Shown: positions 25,705 to 34,764 of the stretch, piece by piece
Layout of the letters: every line of letters begins with the position of its first letter
Numbering within the stretch: position 1 is the stretch's first letter
Virus record (IMG/VR): IMGVR_UViG_3300031450_000007
Location: 1-45,174 of that record
Length of the DNA: 45,174 bases
Strand: one strand, 5' to 3'
Source: a virus
Taxonomy: Duplodnaviria > Caudoviricetes
Made by a program: the position numbers and the translations under genes
The notes under the pieces: generated by a model
The model's database searches: none
What the model saw: only the letters and a program-made list of their open reading frames with translations
Told to the model about the DNA's origin: nothing

Positions 25705-26768
25705 GCGGCTCGGCTCCCGGTGAGGGTGAAGTTCCAGGCGTCGGCCCAGCGGCCGGCGTGACGTTCGTAGGTCTGCCCCGCCATCACCAGCCGTCCCCGG
25801 GCGGCCAGCTCGGCACGGCGGTCCGGTTCGCGCAGCAGGCGGGTCAGCAGGCGTTGCCACCGGCCGGGATGCGCGGCGAGCAGACCGACGCCGAGGTCGT
25901 GGAGCCGGCGGTTGTCCGCGGTCGGGGAAGCGACGACGGGGACACCCAGCGCGGCGAACTCGCCCATCTTCAGCGCAGACTTCGCTTCGTTGAACGGGGT
26001 GGCGGCCAGCGGGACGATCCCGACCTCGAAGCGGGACATCTCGTGGGGGTAGTCGGCGAACGGTACCCAGCCGGTCGAGGCAGGGTCGCTGTCGAGGCCG
26101 AGTGCGTCGGCTACCCGATGGCCGGTGCCGACGACGCGGACCGTGGCGCCTGTGGTGTCGAGCGCCCCGCGGACAGCGAGGCGGGTGACTTCGAGGTCGC
26201 CTGGGTGGGTGTCGACACTGCCGGTCCAGCCGACAGTGTGAAGCAGCGTGTCGGCTTGGACTGTCAGGTAACGCTCGGGGACCAGGTTTGGCAGCACCTG
26301 TACCCGTCCGTGCCGGCCGTACCGGCGGGCGAGCGCGGGGGTGGTGACGGTGACAAGGTCGGCGAGGTCACAAGCCCAGGCCAGGTGGTCCCAGTTGTGG
26401 TCCGGGTTGGTCCGCGGGTCGTAGCCCCGGCGTGCGATGTTGCCGCGGGGGATGGCCGCGAAGTCGTCGTCGACGTCTACCACAACCCGGGTGCCGTGCG
26501 CCTGCAGGTAGGGGATGAGGTCGGCCCAGTGCCGGCGGCCCGGGCGTTGCAGTACGACGATGTCGGCGTCAGGTGGTCGGCAGCCGAGGATGCGGGCGTC
26601 GAGCGGGGCGGTGTCACCCGTCCATTGCCGGTCCCACATGCAGGTCGGGCCTTTGGTGTCGACGGTGACGTCGGCGCCTTGGGCTGCGAGGGCCTGAGCG
26701 GGCCAGCGCATCCGGTACCAGCCGGATGCACCGTCCTGGTCGGCGGGCCACACGCGGACGGTGGTCAC
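25701..26768 (-). CDS. Glycosyltransferase, GT-B (GT4-like)
   Basis: GWYRMRWP, VVLQR, DVDDD, VGWTGS..H, GIVPL..FNEAKSALKMGEFAALGVPVVAS. Confidence 0.9.
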   Translation of the reverse strand: MTTVRVWPADQDGASGWYRMRWPAQALAAQGADVTVDTKGPTCMWDRQWTGDTAPLDARILGCRPPDADIVVLQRPGRRHWADLIPYLQAHGTRVVVDVDDDFAAIPRGNIARRGYDPRTNPDHNWDHLAWACDLADLVTVTTPALARRYGRHGRVQVLPNLVPERYLTVQADTLLHTVGWTGSVDTHPGDLEVTRLAVRGALDTTGATVRVVGTGHRVADALGLDSDPASTGWVPFADYPHEMSRFEVGIVPLAATPFNEAKSALKMGEFAALGVPVVASPTADNRRLHDLGVGLLAAHPGRWQRLLTRLLREPDRRAELAARGRLVMAGQTYERHAGRWADAWNFTLTGSRAA

Positions 26769-26784
26769 GCCACCGCCAGAGGGG

Positions 26785-27186
26785 TTAGAGGCTGGCTAGC
26801 CTGTCCTGGTACTCGAGCCAGTTCCGGTCCTCCGGGGACAGGCAAGCCCGCTCGTAGGCGTCCTCGTAACGCTTGCGTGCCGCCTGGTAGTCCGCCATCG
26901 TCGCGCCGGCCTGTGCACCGGCTTCGGCGGCTTGACGTACCCGCTCGCGGTGCTTGCACCACAGCCACACACCGAAAGCGACCGCGGCGAACACCAGCCC
27001 CAGGATCGGATGAACCACCGTCAGGATGATCCACAGCAGGAACGCGGCGCCATACTCGCTGCGGCGCTTCTGCCGGCGCTGCTCCGCCACCTCGGCGGGG
27101 GTAAGTGCCCGGCCGGGACCGCGACGCCCTCCGCTGACCCGGCCGCTGACCCAGACTCCGGGCAGAACCCGCACACCTAGCCGCAT
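26785..27186 (-). CDS. Two-TM membrane protein (moron-like)
   Basis: AAGGAG RBS; hydrophobic hairpin AFLLWII...AFGVWLW. Confidence 0.75.
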   Translation of the reverse strand: MRLGVRVLPGVWVSGRVSGGRRGPGRALTPAEVAEQRRQKRRSEYGAAFLLWIILTVVHPILGLVFAAVAFGVWLWCKHRERVRQAAEAGAQAGATMADYQAARKRYEDAYERACLSPEDRNWLEYQDRLASL

Positions 27187-27249
27187 CGTCGGCTCCTTTA
27201 CGTGGAGCCAGCAGCGTACTCCCGGTACCTACCGGAAGAACAGGGGGTG

Positions 27250-27454
27250 TCAACGGCTTGGGCCGCCGAGTGCAGACCGTAGTAGATGCGAATGCAGCTC
27301 CATCGCCATCTGCTCGGCGGCGGTGGGGCTGTACCCGCGTTCGGTGCACTGGGCGCGGTAGCCGTCGACTGCGTCGAGGAGACCCCCGAGGCGCCGACAG
27401 CATCTCCATCGACTGCTCTGCGGCCTTGGTGTGGTCGAACGGCTGGGCGCTCAC
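27250..27454 (-). pseudogene. Small phage protein with a +1 frameshift (or sequencing error) near 27390
   Basis: 205 nt = 68 codons + 1; removing one C gives MSAQPF...MLSALGGLLDAVDGYRAQCTERGYSPTAAEQMAMELHSHLLRSALGGPSR*. Confidence 0.65.
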
Positions 27455-28638
27455 CGGCCACGCGCTGTCGCGGTTGCGACCGCAGCGGCCACGTCGTACT
27501 CCAGACCGTCGTCGGCACTGCGGGTGCTGATCGTCACGCCGAGCCGTTTCGCTGCCGCTGCAATGTTCGCCTTCACCTTGACGAGCTGCTCGGCGGTGTA
27601 CTTACCGGCGTTGTCCGCCTGCGCGATGTACGCCCAGGCGGCCCGGACGTGAGCCTGAGTGTCCAGGGGGTAGCGGGCTTTGCCGTCCGTCTGGTAGCCA
27701 GGGTCAGCGTACTGCCCTGTCGCGGACGGGGTATGCGCCGCCTCAGCAGCACGCTCCGTGCCGTCGGCCGGGCCCTCGTCAGCGTCGGGGACGCCGAGCG
27801 CGTCGAGCAGCTCATCCACGGTCACGTCAGCCGCGCCGACAAGAGCGATGCCTTGCTGCACCTCGGGTGGCAGCTGGGACGTGTCAACCGAGGCGAAGGC
27901 GTCCATGGCGGCGTCGATAGCTGCGTCGACCGCTTGGGCGAGCATGCCGGGGTCACTGTCGTCGTCGGAACCGTCGTCGGCCGTGCCATCGTCAGGGTTG
28001 ACTGCTCCGTCGACGCTGACCTGCCCGTCGTCCGCCACGGTGATCGTCGTCGCCCGCTCAGCGACGGTGATCGACTCACGGGCCGGCGGTGGGCCAGCGA
28101 GGCGCAGCATCTCCCGCGCCTCCACAGCCGAGATCACCTGGTCGTCGACCAGCCGGGCGATCGTCGCCGCCTCCTCGGAACGGACACCGAGCACCGACGC
28201 GCCAGGGATCGAACCGACAGTCACCGGGCTGATCTCCGGCATCCGGGCCTTCGTGAACCGGACGTTGCCTCGTTCCCCGTTGGGATGCGGCACCGCCTCA
28301 GCCTGGTCGAACCCGAAGCTGACGTCGGTGATCGTCCCGCTTTCCATCTGCGTGAACGCCCGGTGCGCTGTCGGGACTGCGGTGAAGTCGTCAAACTGGA
28401 GGACGAACTCGTGGGCGCGGGCGCCTTGCTGCCAGCTGACGGCACGGCCGATGGGTTCGGCCCGCTGATGCTGCCAGCAGGCGACGGGCAGCCGGACGGT
28501 GAGAGCTTCGGTGAAGGCGTCGCGGGCGAAGTCGGTGTGGTAGGTGTCGAGGACTTCCCACGGGACGGTGACGAGGGCTTGGCGTTTGCTGGCGTCGACG
28601 TCACGGACACCGCCGTCAGGGGCGACTCGATAGTCCAT
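27451..28638 (-). CDS. HK97-family prohead protease with acidic linker and C-terminal DUF6582-like domain
   Basis: WQH..PIG, DVSFGF, EISPVTVGS; C-terminal YADPGYQ..RYPLDT..HVRAAWAYI; AAGGAG RBS. Confidence 0.88.
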   Translation of the reverse strand: MDYRVAPDGGVRDVDASKRQALVTVPWEVLDTYHTDFARDAFTEALTVRLPVACWQHQRAEPIGRAVSWQQGARAHEFVLQFDDFTAVPTAHRAFTQMESGTITDVSFGFDQAEAVPHPNGERGNVRFTKARMPEISPVTVGSIPGASVLGVRSEEAATIARLVDDQVISAVEAREMLRLAGPPPARESITVAERATTITVADDGQVSVDGAVNPDDGTADDGSDDDSDPGMLAQAVDAAIDAAMDAFASVDTSQLPPEVQQGIALVGAADVTVDELLDALGVPDADEGPADGTERAAEAAHTPSATGQYADPGYQTDGKARYPLDTQAHVRAAWAYIAQADNAGKYTAEQLVKVKANIAAAAKRLGVTISTRSADDGLEYDVAAAVATATARGR

Positions 28639-28649
28639 CGACGGGCTCC

Positions 28650-31559
28650 TTAGGTGGCGGGTAGGTAGATCGCGGCGCAGCGGCACAAGTCGACTTCGTC
28701 GGGGTTGCCAGCCGGGTCGCCCGGGTACTGCAACAAGTCGTCGCCGACCGTGAACGGCTCACCCAACGGCTGGGTCTGTGAATGGGCAAGGACGTGCATC
28801 GGCCGGGTCCGGTCGTCCAGCACGGCATCCCACTGCTTAACGTAGCTGGCGGGGGCCGGCAGCCCGCCGGCTACGGCATGGGAGGCGGCGTTGAGCGCGC
28901 CGAACACTTCACCGCGGGCCAGCAGCGCGACGTAGGTGTCGTGGGCGAACACGCCTGCCACCCGGGCGGACAGCTCGTCGAGGGTTTCGCCGGCTGCGGC
29001 ACCGTCGGCGATCGCACCCGCCAACGCCTGTTCGGTGCCGCCGTTGACCCGGGCTGCAAGGCTTCCTGCCCGGTCGAGCAGCAGGTTGGTCACGTCCGTC
29101 GTCCACGCCCCGTCAGCTTCCAACGTCGCCCCGGTAGATGAGGCGACGCGGGTCGCCGCAACGGTCTGCAACGCGGCGTACAAGGGCCGCAGGGCGTCGG
29201 TGAGTTTCGCCGTCCAGAACGGGCCGTCGAACACGTGGGCGGCGGACACCAGCGGGTAGGCGTCGCCCGCTGCCCGGAGCATCTGCCGTCCCCGCCGCCC
29301 GGTGAGCCGTGACGTGGTGGCCCGGGCCTGGGCGGCGAACGTGTCCCGCAAGACCTGTTCGGCTTGGGGGACGAACAGGGCGACGTCGGCGTCGATCTGC
29401 CGGCGCCCAGCGAGCCTGCGGGCGTCTGCGGTTGTGGCGTGCCCCGACGGAACAGGGACGTGGGCGCCGCCGGCGTGCCGGGTTTCGGCCTGCCGCGTCT
29501 TGCGTCGGCTGGCGGTCAGGGCGTCGGTGTGGGCTTTGGCGCCGAAGCCTTGCCCGCACGACGCGCAGGTTCTCGTCCCACGGCCTCGGGAGCGAAACAG
29601 GTGCGGACCACCGGGGATCGGGCCCTTGGGTAGCAGCAGCCCCGCGCTGCCCGTCTCAAGGACGGGTTCGCGGACCCCGGCGTCTTCGGCGCTGCGGTGC
29701 GTCCGGTGCGTCCGGTGCGTCCGGTGCGTCCGGTGCGTCCGGTGTACCCGAGGGGCGTGGGAGTGGTGCGTCCTCGGGTGATGGCCGTGGGAGTGGTGCG
29801 TATGCGCATGCAGGCCATGGGAGTGGTGAGCGTGGGTGTGATGGCCGTGCGAATGATGGGCGTGACGTCCCTTCACCCGGTGGGCGCCCTTCACCCGGTG
29901 CGCCTTCGTCGCTACCTTCAACGCCGCCAAAGTCGCCTTGTCGACGGCACCCGTCACCTTCAGCCCGTGGGTCCGCTGGAACGCCTGCACAGCCGAATGG
30001 GTCAACGGCCCGAACCGGCCGTCGGCTGCCAGCTTGTGTCCGTACAAGTCGACGACGCCGAGCTTGGCCAGCCGGCGCTGAATCGACTTGACAGCTGCGT
30101 GCTGCGCCCTGCCTGCCGGGGTCGACGTCGAATAGCCGGCGCCTTCACCTAACGCGAACTGGCCGCCACCGGACTGGCCGGCTGGGACCCGCGGATGCTT
30201 CGCCGGATCCCACCGCTGCCCTTCGAGTTCGGCGGCACGCTTCATTCCCGCGCTCCCTGATGACCCTGGTGTGTCGTCGACTGCCGGCTCCGGGACCTTC
30301 TCGGTGGTGGCGTCAGTCGGCGGGGTTGCGGGTAGCCCCAGGTCGATTCGGACCTCGGACGCCTCGACGATCCCGGCGGCGACGAGTGCCGACGGGGTGT
30401 CCTTGTTGAAGATCGGGGCCCGCAATGCGGCGACAGCACTCAGGTCGAACCAGCCGACCTCGATGCCTAGCCTTGGGGACAGGGTGACGTTCACCGCGTC
30501 TTGGAACTCGTGGACGAGCGGCAGGATGGTGCCGGTCCAGAAGTTGCGGTGCTCCTGGTCGGCGTTGGCGTAGGTCCGTTGGCTGGCGTCGCCGAGGAGA
30601 CTGACCGGGACACCCCAGGCGATGCACACGTCGGTTTTGACTTCTTTGAGCAGCTGCAGCAGCTGGGCGTCGTTGGCGGTCTGCCCGAGGGGGACGACCT
30701 GCACCGACTGGACGTGGGCGCCTTCGACGTTTTCCATCTCGGCGAACGCGGTCCGGCCGGCGTTGTCGTAGCCGGTCATCTCGGCGAGGAACTGGTCTTG
30801 GAAGCCGCGGCGCATGTCCGTCTCGGCGAACGGCGGGGTAACGACGAGGTGGCTGGCGGTCATGTTGTTGCGCATGAACGCCCACATGTACCGGTCCATC
30901 GCCACCGCAACCGACAGCGGCAGGGCGGCGGCACGGAGCACGCTTTCAGGCTGCCGCCAGTCGTCCTGCGACGGCCGCCAGCAGTAGCACACCTGGTCGG
31001 CCCGCAGGTCACGCCGTGTCGTGCCGGAGCCGTAGACGTAGCCGTCGAACCACTGACCCGGCTTACCGGACGGCTTGGGCTTGAGTAGCCGGCCGGGGAT
31101 CGGCCACAGCGCAACGACGTCCCGCTGCCCGTTGCGGTCCGGCTTGGTCAGTTCGGTTTCCCACGACCAGCGGCCGGTGAGCAGGTACTGCAGGATGCTC
31201 CAGGTCCAGAACTGGCGGGGGCTGACTGATGGTGCGGGACCGCCAGGTGGCGGGCCTAACAGCCGTGCCAGCGGGGCGTCAGGGTTCCATTTGCCGGGGT
31301 TGGACGGGTCGGGTCCGGCGCGGAACGCGAGCCCGGCGATGGTCTGGGCGATGGTCCGGGCGCACCGGTAGCTGTAGATGTGGCCGTAGTAGCCGACTTG
31401 GACGGCTTGGCCGGCGTCCCATTCGGGGGCCATGGCCCGGCCGGGAGCGGCGTAGGACGTGGTGGCGGTCGCTGCGGCCGGTCCTGTCCCTGCGGGTAGG
31501 GCGACCTGGCTGGCGGCGCGGGTCCCGGCGGTGAGTCGGGTGAGGAGTCCCACTCTCAC
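28650..31559 (-). CDS. Portal protein fused to PG-binding domain, His-rich tract and MuF-like minor head domain
   Basis: Portal (AWGVPVSLLG, TYANA, EVRIDLGLP); DGRFGPLTHSAVQAFQ; C-terminal KQW..D.RTR..H..YPGDP..CRC. Confidence 0.9.
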   Translation of the reverse strand: MRVGLLTRLTAGTRAASQVALPAGTGPAAATATTSYAAPGRAMAPEWDAGQAVQVGYYGHIYSYRCARTIAQTIAGLAFRAGPDPSNPGKWNPDAPLARLLGPPPGGPAPSVSPRQFWTWSILQYLLTGRWSWETELTKPDRNGQRDVVALWPIPGRLLKPKPSGKPGQWFDGYVYGSGTTRRDLRADQVCYCWRPSQDDWRQPESVLRAAALPLSVAVAMDRYMWAFMRNNMTASHLVVTPPFAETDMRRGFQDQFLAEMTGYDNAGRTAFAEMENVEGAHVQSVQVVPLGQTANDAQLLQLLKEVKTDVCIAWGVPVSLLGDASQRTYANADQEHRNFWTGTILPLVHEFQDAVNVTLSPRLGIEVGWFDLSAVAALRAPIFNKDTPSALVAAGIVEASEVRIDLGLPATPPTDATTEKVPEPAVDDTPGSSGSAGMKRAAELEGQRWDPAKHPRVPAGQSGGGQFALGEGAGYSTSTPAGRAQHAAVKSIQRRLAKLGVVDLYGHKLAADGRFGPLTHSAVQAFQRTHGLKVTGAVDKATLAALKVATKAHRVKGAHRVKGRHAHHSHGHHTHAHHSHGLHAHTHHSHGHHPRTHHSHAPRVHRTHRTHRTHRTHRTHRSAEDAGVREPVLETGSAGLLLPKGPIPGGPHLFRSRGRGTRTCASCGQGFGAKAHTDALTASRRKTRQAETRHAGGAHVPVPSGHATTADARRLAGRRQIDADVALFVPQAEQVLRDTFAAQARATTSRLTGRRGRQMLRAAGDAYPLVSAAHVFDGPFWTAKLTDALRPLYAALQTVAATRVASSTGATLEADGAWTTDVTNLLLDRAGSLAARVNGGTEQALAGAIADGAAAGETLDELSARVAGVFAHDTYVALLARGEVFGALNAASHAVAGGLPAPASYVKQWDAVLDDRTRPMHVLAHSQTQPLGEPFTVGDDLLQYPGDPAGNPDEVDLCRCAAIYLPAT
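29695..29744. repeat. 9-bp tandem repeat (CGGTGCGTC) x5 plus partial, encoding HRT repeats
   Basis: Read directly from the sequence. Confidence 0.95.
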
Positions 31560-31573
31560 CCCTCGCGGTCAGG

Positions 31574-31732
31574 TCAGTCGGTGGGGTGGCGGTGCCGGGC
31601 GACGTTGCCAGTGAAGCGGGCGAGCTCGTCGACGCTCATGCGGGCTACCAGCCGGGGGACGAAGTGCAGGGTGGCGAACACGCCGAGAGCCCAGCCGGCT
31701 AGGAGCGTGACGGCGAGCCACAGGAAGATCAC
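31574..31732 (-). CDS. 52-aa single-TM protein
   Basis: MIFLWLAVTLLAGWALGVFATLHFVPRLV...; GGGGAG RBS; between terminase and portal. Confidence 0.65.
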   Translation of the reverse strand: MIFLWLAVTLLAGWALGVFATLHFVPRLVARMSVDELARFTGNVARHRHPTD

Positions 31733-31746
31733 TGAGTGGGCTCCCT

Positions 31747-33075
31747 CTAGCGTGCTCGTCCAGCGTGGGTGATCCGGGCGCCCGGCTTCTTCATCAGCGT
31801 CCGTACTGCCCAGACCATCGCGTCGAGCCGGTCAGGGCTCGACCGCAAGTCCGGGGTCCACGAGCACATTTCATCCTCGAGGTGGGGGAACGGTGCGCCG
31901 ACGTGATGCACCAGCCCACGTTCATAGAGGGCTGACACCGGCTCGGCGCGGACCTGCTTACCCTGCCCCGGGTTCGCGTTCACCGGCGTGTACGCCACCA
32001 GCGGGTCGATGCCGCGCAGTACGTGGCCGACCATCTCCGCACCGAAGTTGGTCTCGGCGACGATCCGGTCCGCCCCGTGATGGTGATAGGCGCCGATTGC
32101 GGCAGTCCCCCACTGCTGCGGGGTGCCGCGCAAGCTCACATCGTCGAGGATGTAAAACTCGCCGTCGACTCCCAGGCCGACGACGACGATGCCTGTCTCG
32201 TCGCTGCCTGCTTTCGACGAGCCTGCCGGGTCGACTCCGACGATGACCCGCTTCAGCTCCGGTGCGACAGCCACTCTGGCCGCGTCGATCAGGGCCAGGG
32301 TGAACAGGGCGCCTTCGACGTCCTTGAGCAGTTCACCGGACAGCTCCTGCCGGCCGAGACGCGTCCCTGCCGACTTCATCATCGAGTCGTAGGCACCCGG
32401 GTCGATGTGCTCCCGGTTGTCCGACGTCAGCAGCAGCGAGCAGGGAACGTCCGGGTCTTCCAGCAGCCGTTTCACCAGCACCCGTGCCGGCTGCGCCGAC
32501 TTCGGGGTACCGGTCGCGATGATCCGCGCCGGGTATTCGGTCACTGCGTAGTGCAGCGACTCATCCCACGCGGTTTCCCACTGTCGCCACAAGCCGATCT
32601 CGTCGCACCAGGCACCACGCAGCCGCTTGCCCTGGACACGTAAAGCTCCGTCGTCGGCGCCGTCGACGTAGACGACGCTGCCGTTCTTCAGCTTCAGGAT
32701 GCCGGTCGACACATGCCATGCGTCGACATGGGGACCGTTCATCCCACCTAAGGCTCGGATGAGCCCCGACTTGCGGCCGGAGATGCACACGTCGCGGGCG
32801 TCGCCGAAGGTGGGGGCGAGGACCGCCCAGTCCCCCGGCTCGTGGCTGAGGATCTGCTCGGCGAAGTAGTTGCTGCCCGTCCACGTCTTCCCCGAGTCAC
32901 GGCCACCGCGGACGTACCAGATGCGCCACGGACCGTCCGGCGGTATCTGCCCGGGTCGTGCGGTTTCCCGCCACTCAGGCCGGGCGAAGTGTGCCCGCAG
33001 GCGTTCGACGTCAGCCGTCAGCGCCCGGAGCTTCACCAGCCGTTCCAGTCGCACTTCGGCTAGCGAGTCGGTCAT
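31747..33075 (-). CDS. terL: Terminase large subunit
   Basis: Walker A GGRDSGKT, Walker B AWCDE, TGTP, nuclease GVDPA, SPDRLDA. Confidence 0.96.
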   Translation of the reverse strand: MTDSLAEVRLERLVKLRALTADVERLRAHFARPEWRETARPGQIPPDGPWRIWYVRGGRDSGKTWTGSNYFAEQILSHEPGDWAVLAPTFGDARDVCISGRKSGLIRALGGMNGPHVDAWHVSTGILKLKNGSVVYVDGADDGALRVQGKRLRGAWCDEIGLWRQWETAWDESLHYAVTEYPARIIATGTPKSAQPARVLVKRLLEDPDVPCSLLLTSDNREHIDPGAYDSMMKSAGTRLGRQELSGELLKDVEGALFTLALIDAARVAVAPELKRVIVGVDPAGSSKAGSDETGIVVVGLGVDGEFYILDDVSLRGTPQQWGTAAIGAYHHHGADRIVAETNFGAEMVGHVLRGIDPLVAYTPVNANPGQGKQVRAEPVSALYERGLVHHVGAPFPHLEDEMCSWTPDLRSSPDRLDAMVWAVRTLMKKPGARITHAGRAR

Positions 33076-33535
33076 GCTCGGCTGACAGCCTTTCGATCTC
33101 GGCGTCGAGGTCGCTGATCGACGGCATCACCCGGATTGAGGTCGGCGCATCCAAGCCTAGAAGTTTCGCTCGCCGTTCCATCACCTTCAGGATGCGGTCC
33201 ATCGCCATCAGCGTCGGCCCGTCATCCACCAGCGGTACCCCGTCGAGTTTCACCACATGGCCCTGGGAGTGGGCGTAGTGCAGACGGTCCATTACCTGCC
33301 AGGCACGGTCCAGCAACGCGTTCAGCCGCTCCACCTCAAGGGCCCGTAGCTCATCGCCGGCTTCCTGCACGGTGGCGACGAGGGCACGCTGGACGGCCTG
33401 GCGGGCGTGGGACTTGTCTGCGTAGCCGAGCTCTGAAGCGACCCGCTCATAGGTCTTGCCTTCGGCGCGAAGCCGGGCGGCGGAAGCGTCGCGCTCAGCG
33501 GTATGGATTTTCCGCTCGTAGTTACGTCCGGGCAT
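33011..33535 (-). CDS. terS: Terminase small subunit (N-terminal HTH)
   Basis: LRAEGKTYERVASELGY, ERRAKLLGLDAP; directly upstream of terL. Confidence 0.85.
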   Translation of the reverse strand: MPGRNYERKIHTAERDASAARLRAEGKTYERVASELGYADKSHARQAVQRALVATVQEAGDELRALEVERLNALLDRAWQVMDRLHYAHSQGHVVKLDGVPLVDDGPTLMAMDRILKVMERRAKLLGLDAPTSIRVMPSISDLDAEIERLSAEHDRLASRSATGTAGEAPGADG

Positions 33536-33668
33536 CAGGTGTATCCGCCTTGACGTGGACCGGGTCAGCGTAGTGCGCTCGCGCATAAGCGATGCCGGCA
33601 GCGATGTTCACCTCGATGTCGGAGGGCTCCTGAGTCGCGTCGTTCTCCGAGGTCGGCATGTCGTCCAC
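33522..33668 (-). CDS. Small hypothetical protein
   Basis: AAAGG RBS and GTG; contains NIAAGIAYARAHY. Confidence 0.4.
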   Translation of the reverse strand: MDDMPTSENDATQEPSDIEVNIAAGIAYARAHYADPVHVKADTPDART

Positions 33669-33679
33669 GTCGGCGCCTT

Positions 33680-33811
33680 TCATCCGTTGCAGAGCCGTAG
33701 GTGGAGGCGCATCACATACCGGTCGAACCCGCCGCCGTCGAGCCAGGCGTGGCGGAAGGTGATGATCTGGTGGCAGTAGCAGCAGGTAACCAGGGCGACG
33801 TACACCTTCAC
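33680..33811 (-). CDS. 43-aa Cys/His protein
   Basis: MKVYVALVTCCYCHQ...HLRLCNG; abuts upstream stop. Confidence 0.45.
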   Translation of the reverse strand: MKVYVALVTCCYCHQIITFRHAWLDGGGFDRYVMRLHLRLCNG

Positions 33812-34051
33812 CTAGTCCGGCCACTCGGCGTAGTAGCAGCGCAGCGCGTCGTCGTGAGCGCCGATGCGGTAAACAACCGAGCGGTTCGCTGCGTCTATGC
33901 GGAGTACGTCACCATCTACGCTGACCCCTTTGCCGGGTGCGTAACGCAGCATCCGCAGCAGCTCATCTGAGATGCAGATCTTCGGGTCGGCGCGGTCGAT
34001 GTACACGTCGCCGTCTCGGATCGAGCACAACAGATCGCCATAATCGCTCAC
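33812..34051 (-). CDS. Hypothetical protein
   Basis: GTGA overlap with upstream gene. Confidence 0.6.
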   Translation of the reverse strand: MSDYGDLLCSIRDGDVYIDRADPKICISDELLRMLRYAPGKGVSVDGDVLRIDAANRSVVYRIGAHDDALRCYYAEWPD

Positions 34052-34356
34052 GGCGTCGCGTTGCTGGTCGCTTCGATCTCCAGCCCGAACCGGATCAGGT
34101 CGTCGTCGGTGAGCGGCGGCCCGGTCGGGACTGGCCGTGCCTGCCAGTGACGGGTCGGGACGAAAGCGACGATCTTGTCGCGGACGTCGGTGGGCGCCGG
34201 CCGGTTGACCCGCTTACCGCACTTCGGGCAGGTAAAGGAGAAGAACGATTGGTCGAGGTCGTCGTCGCAGACCATCAGCCGCATCATGTCGGACCGGACG
34301 AGCACGTTGCCGCAATCAGGGCAGGTGGTGTGGATCGGGACGGTGGCGAGTGGCAT
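34048..34356 (-). CDS. Zn-ribbon protein
   Basis: CPDCG...CPKCG, GPPLTDDDLIRF. Confidence 0.75.
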   Translation of the reverse strand: MPLATVPIHTTCPDCGNVLVRSDMMRLMVCDDDLDQSFFSFTCPKCGKRVNRPAPTDVRDKIVAFVPTRHWQARPVPTGPPLTDDDLIRFGLEIEATSNATP

Positions 34357-34372
34357 CGCTGCCCTCCCGTGG

Positions 34373-34624
34373 TTAGTCCGCACTCACTGTCACTAGGCCC
34401 GTGGCGATCGCCACGGTGAGGCATGGAGCGCAGACCGGATGCCCACCACACTCGCCATCAGGGCAATAACGGGATGTCGCGACCTCGGTGGCTATAACCG
34501 TGCAGACGGCCAGGAACTGAGCCGACGCGGGCTCTCTCGGGTCCTGCGTGACGCACTTGATCTCGGCCGCGTCTTGTGCATCCTCGACCCGGGGTGCGAC
34601 GGAAGGGAATGCGATGTCAGCCAT
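34373..34624 (-). CDS. Hypothetical Cys-containing protein
   Basis: ORF in operon orientation with CxxC. Confidence 0.5.
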   Translation of the reverse strand: MADIAFPSVAPRVEDAQDAAEIKCVTQDPREPASAQFLAVCTVIATEVATSRYCPDGECGGHPVCAPCLTVAIATGLVTVSAD

Positions 34625-34764
34625 CGGCGCAGGTCATGCGGCCACGTCCTCTCGTCGTTCGAGAGCTGCCATAACGGCGATGTGAGAGGTGGGCCCGCGT
34701 CAGCGCTTCCGGGTTCCGGGCACGCGAGGGGCGCTCAAATCTTGCACAGACTTTCCCGTCCACG

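Noticed and set aside
26765-27454. 229-aa ORF as a real protein
   Set aside because: Overlaps the RBS-supported membrane gene and is better explained by a frameshifted 67-aa gene
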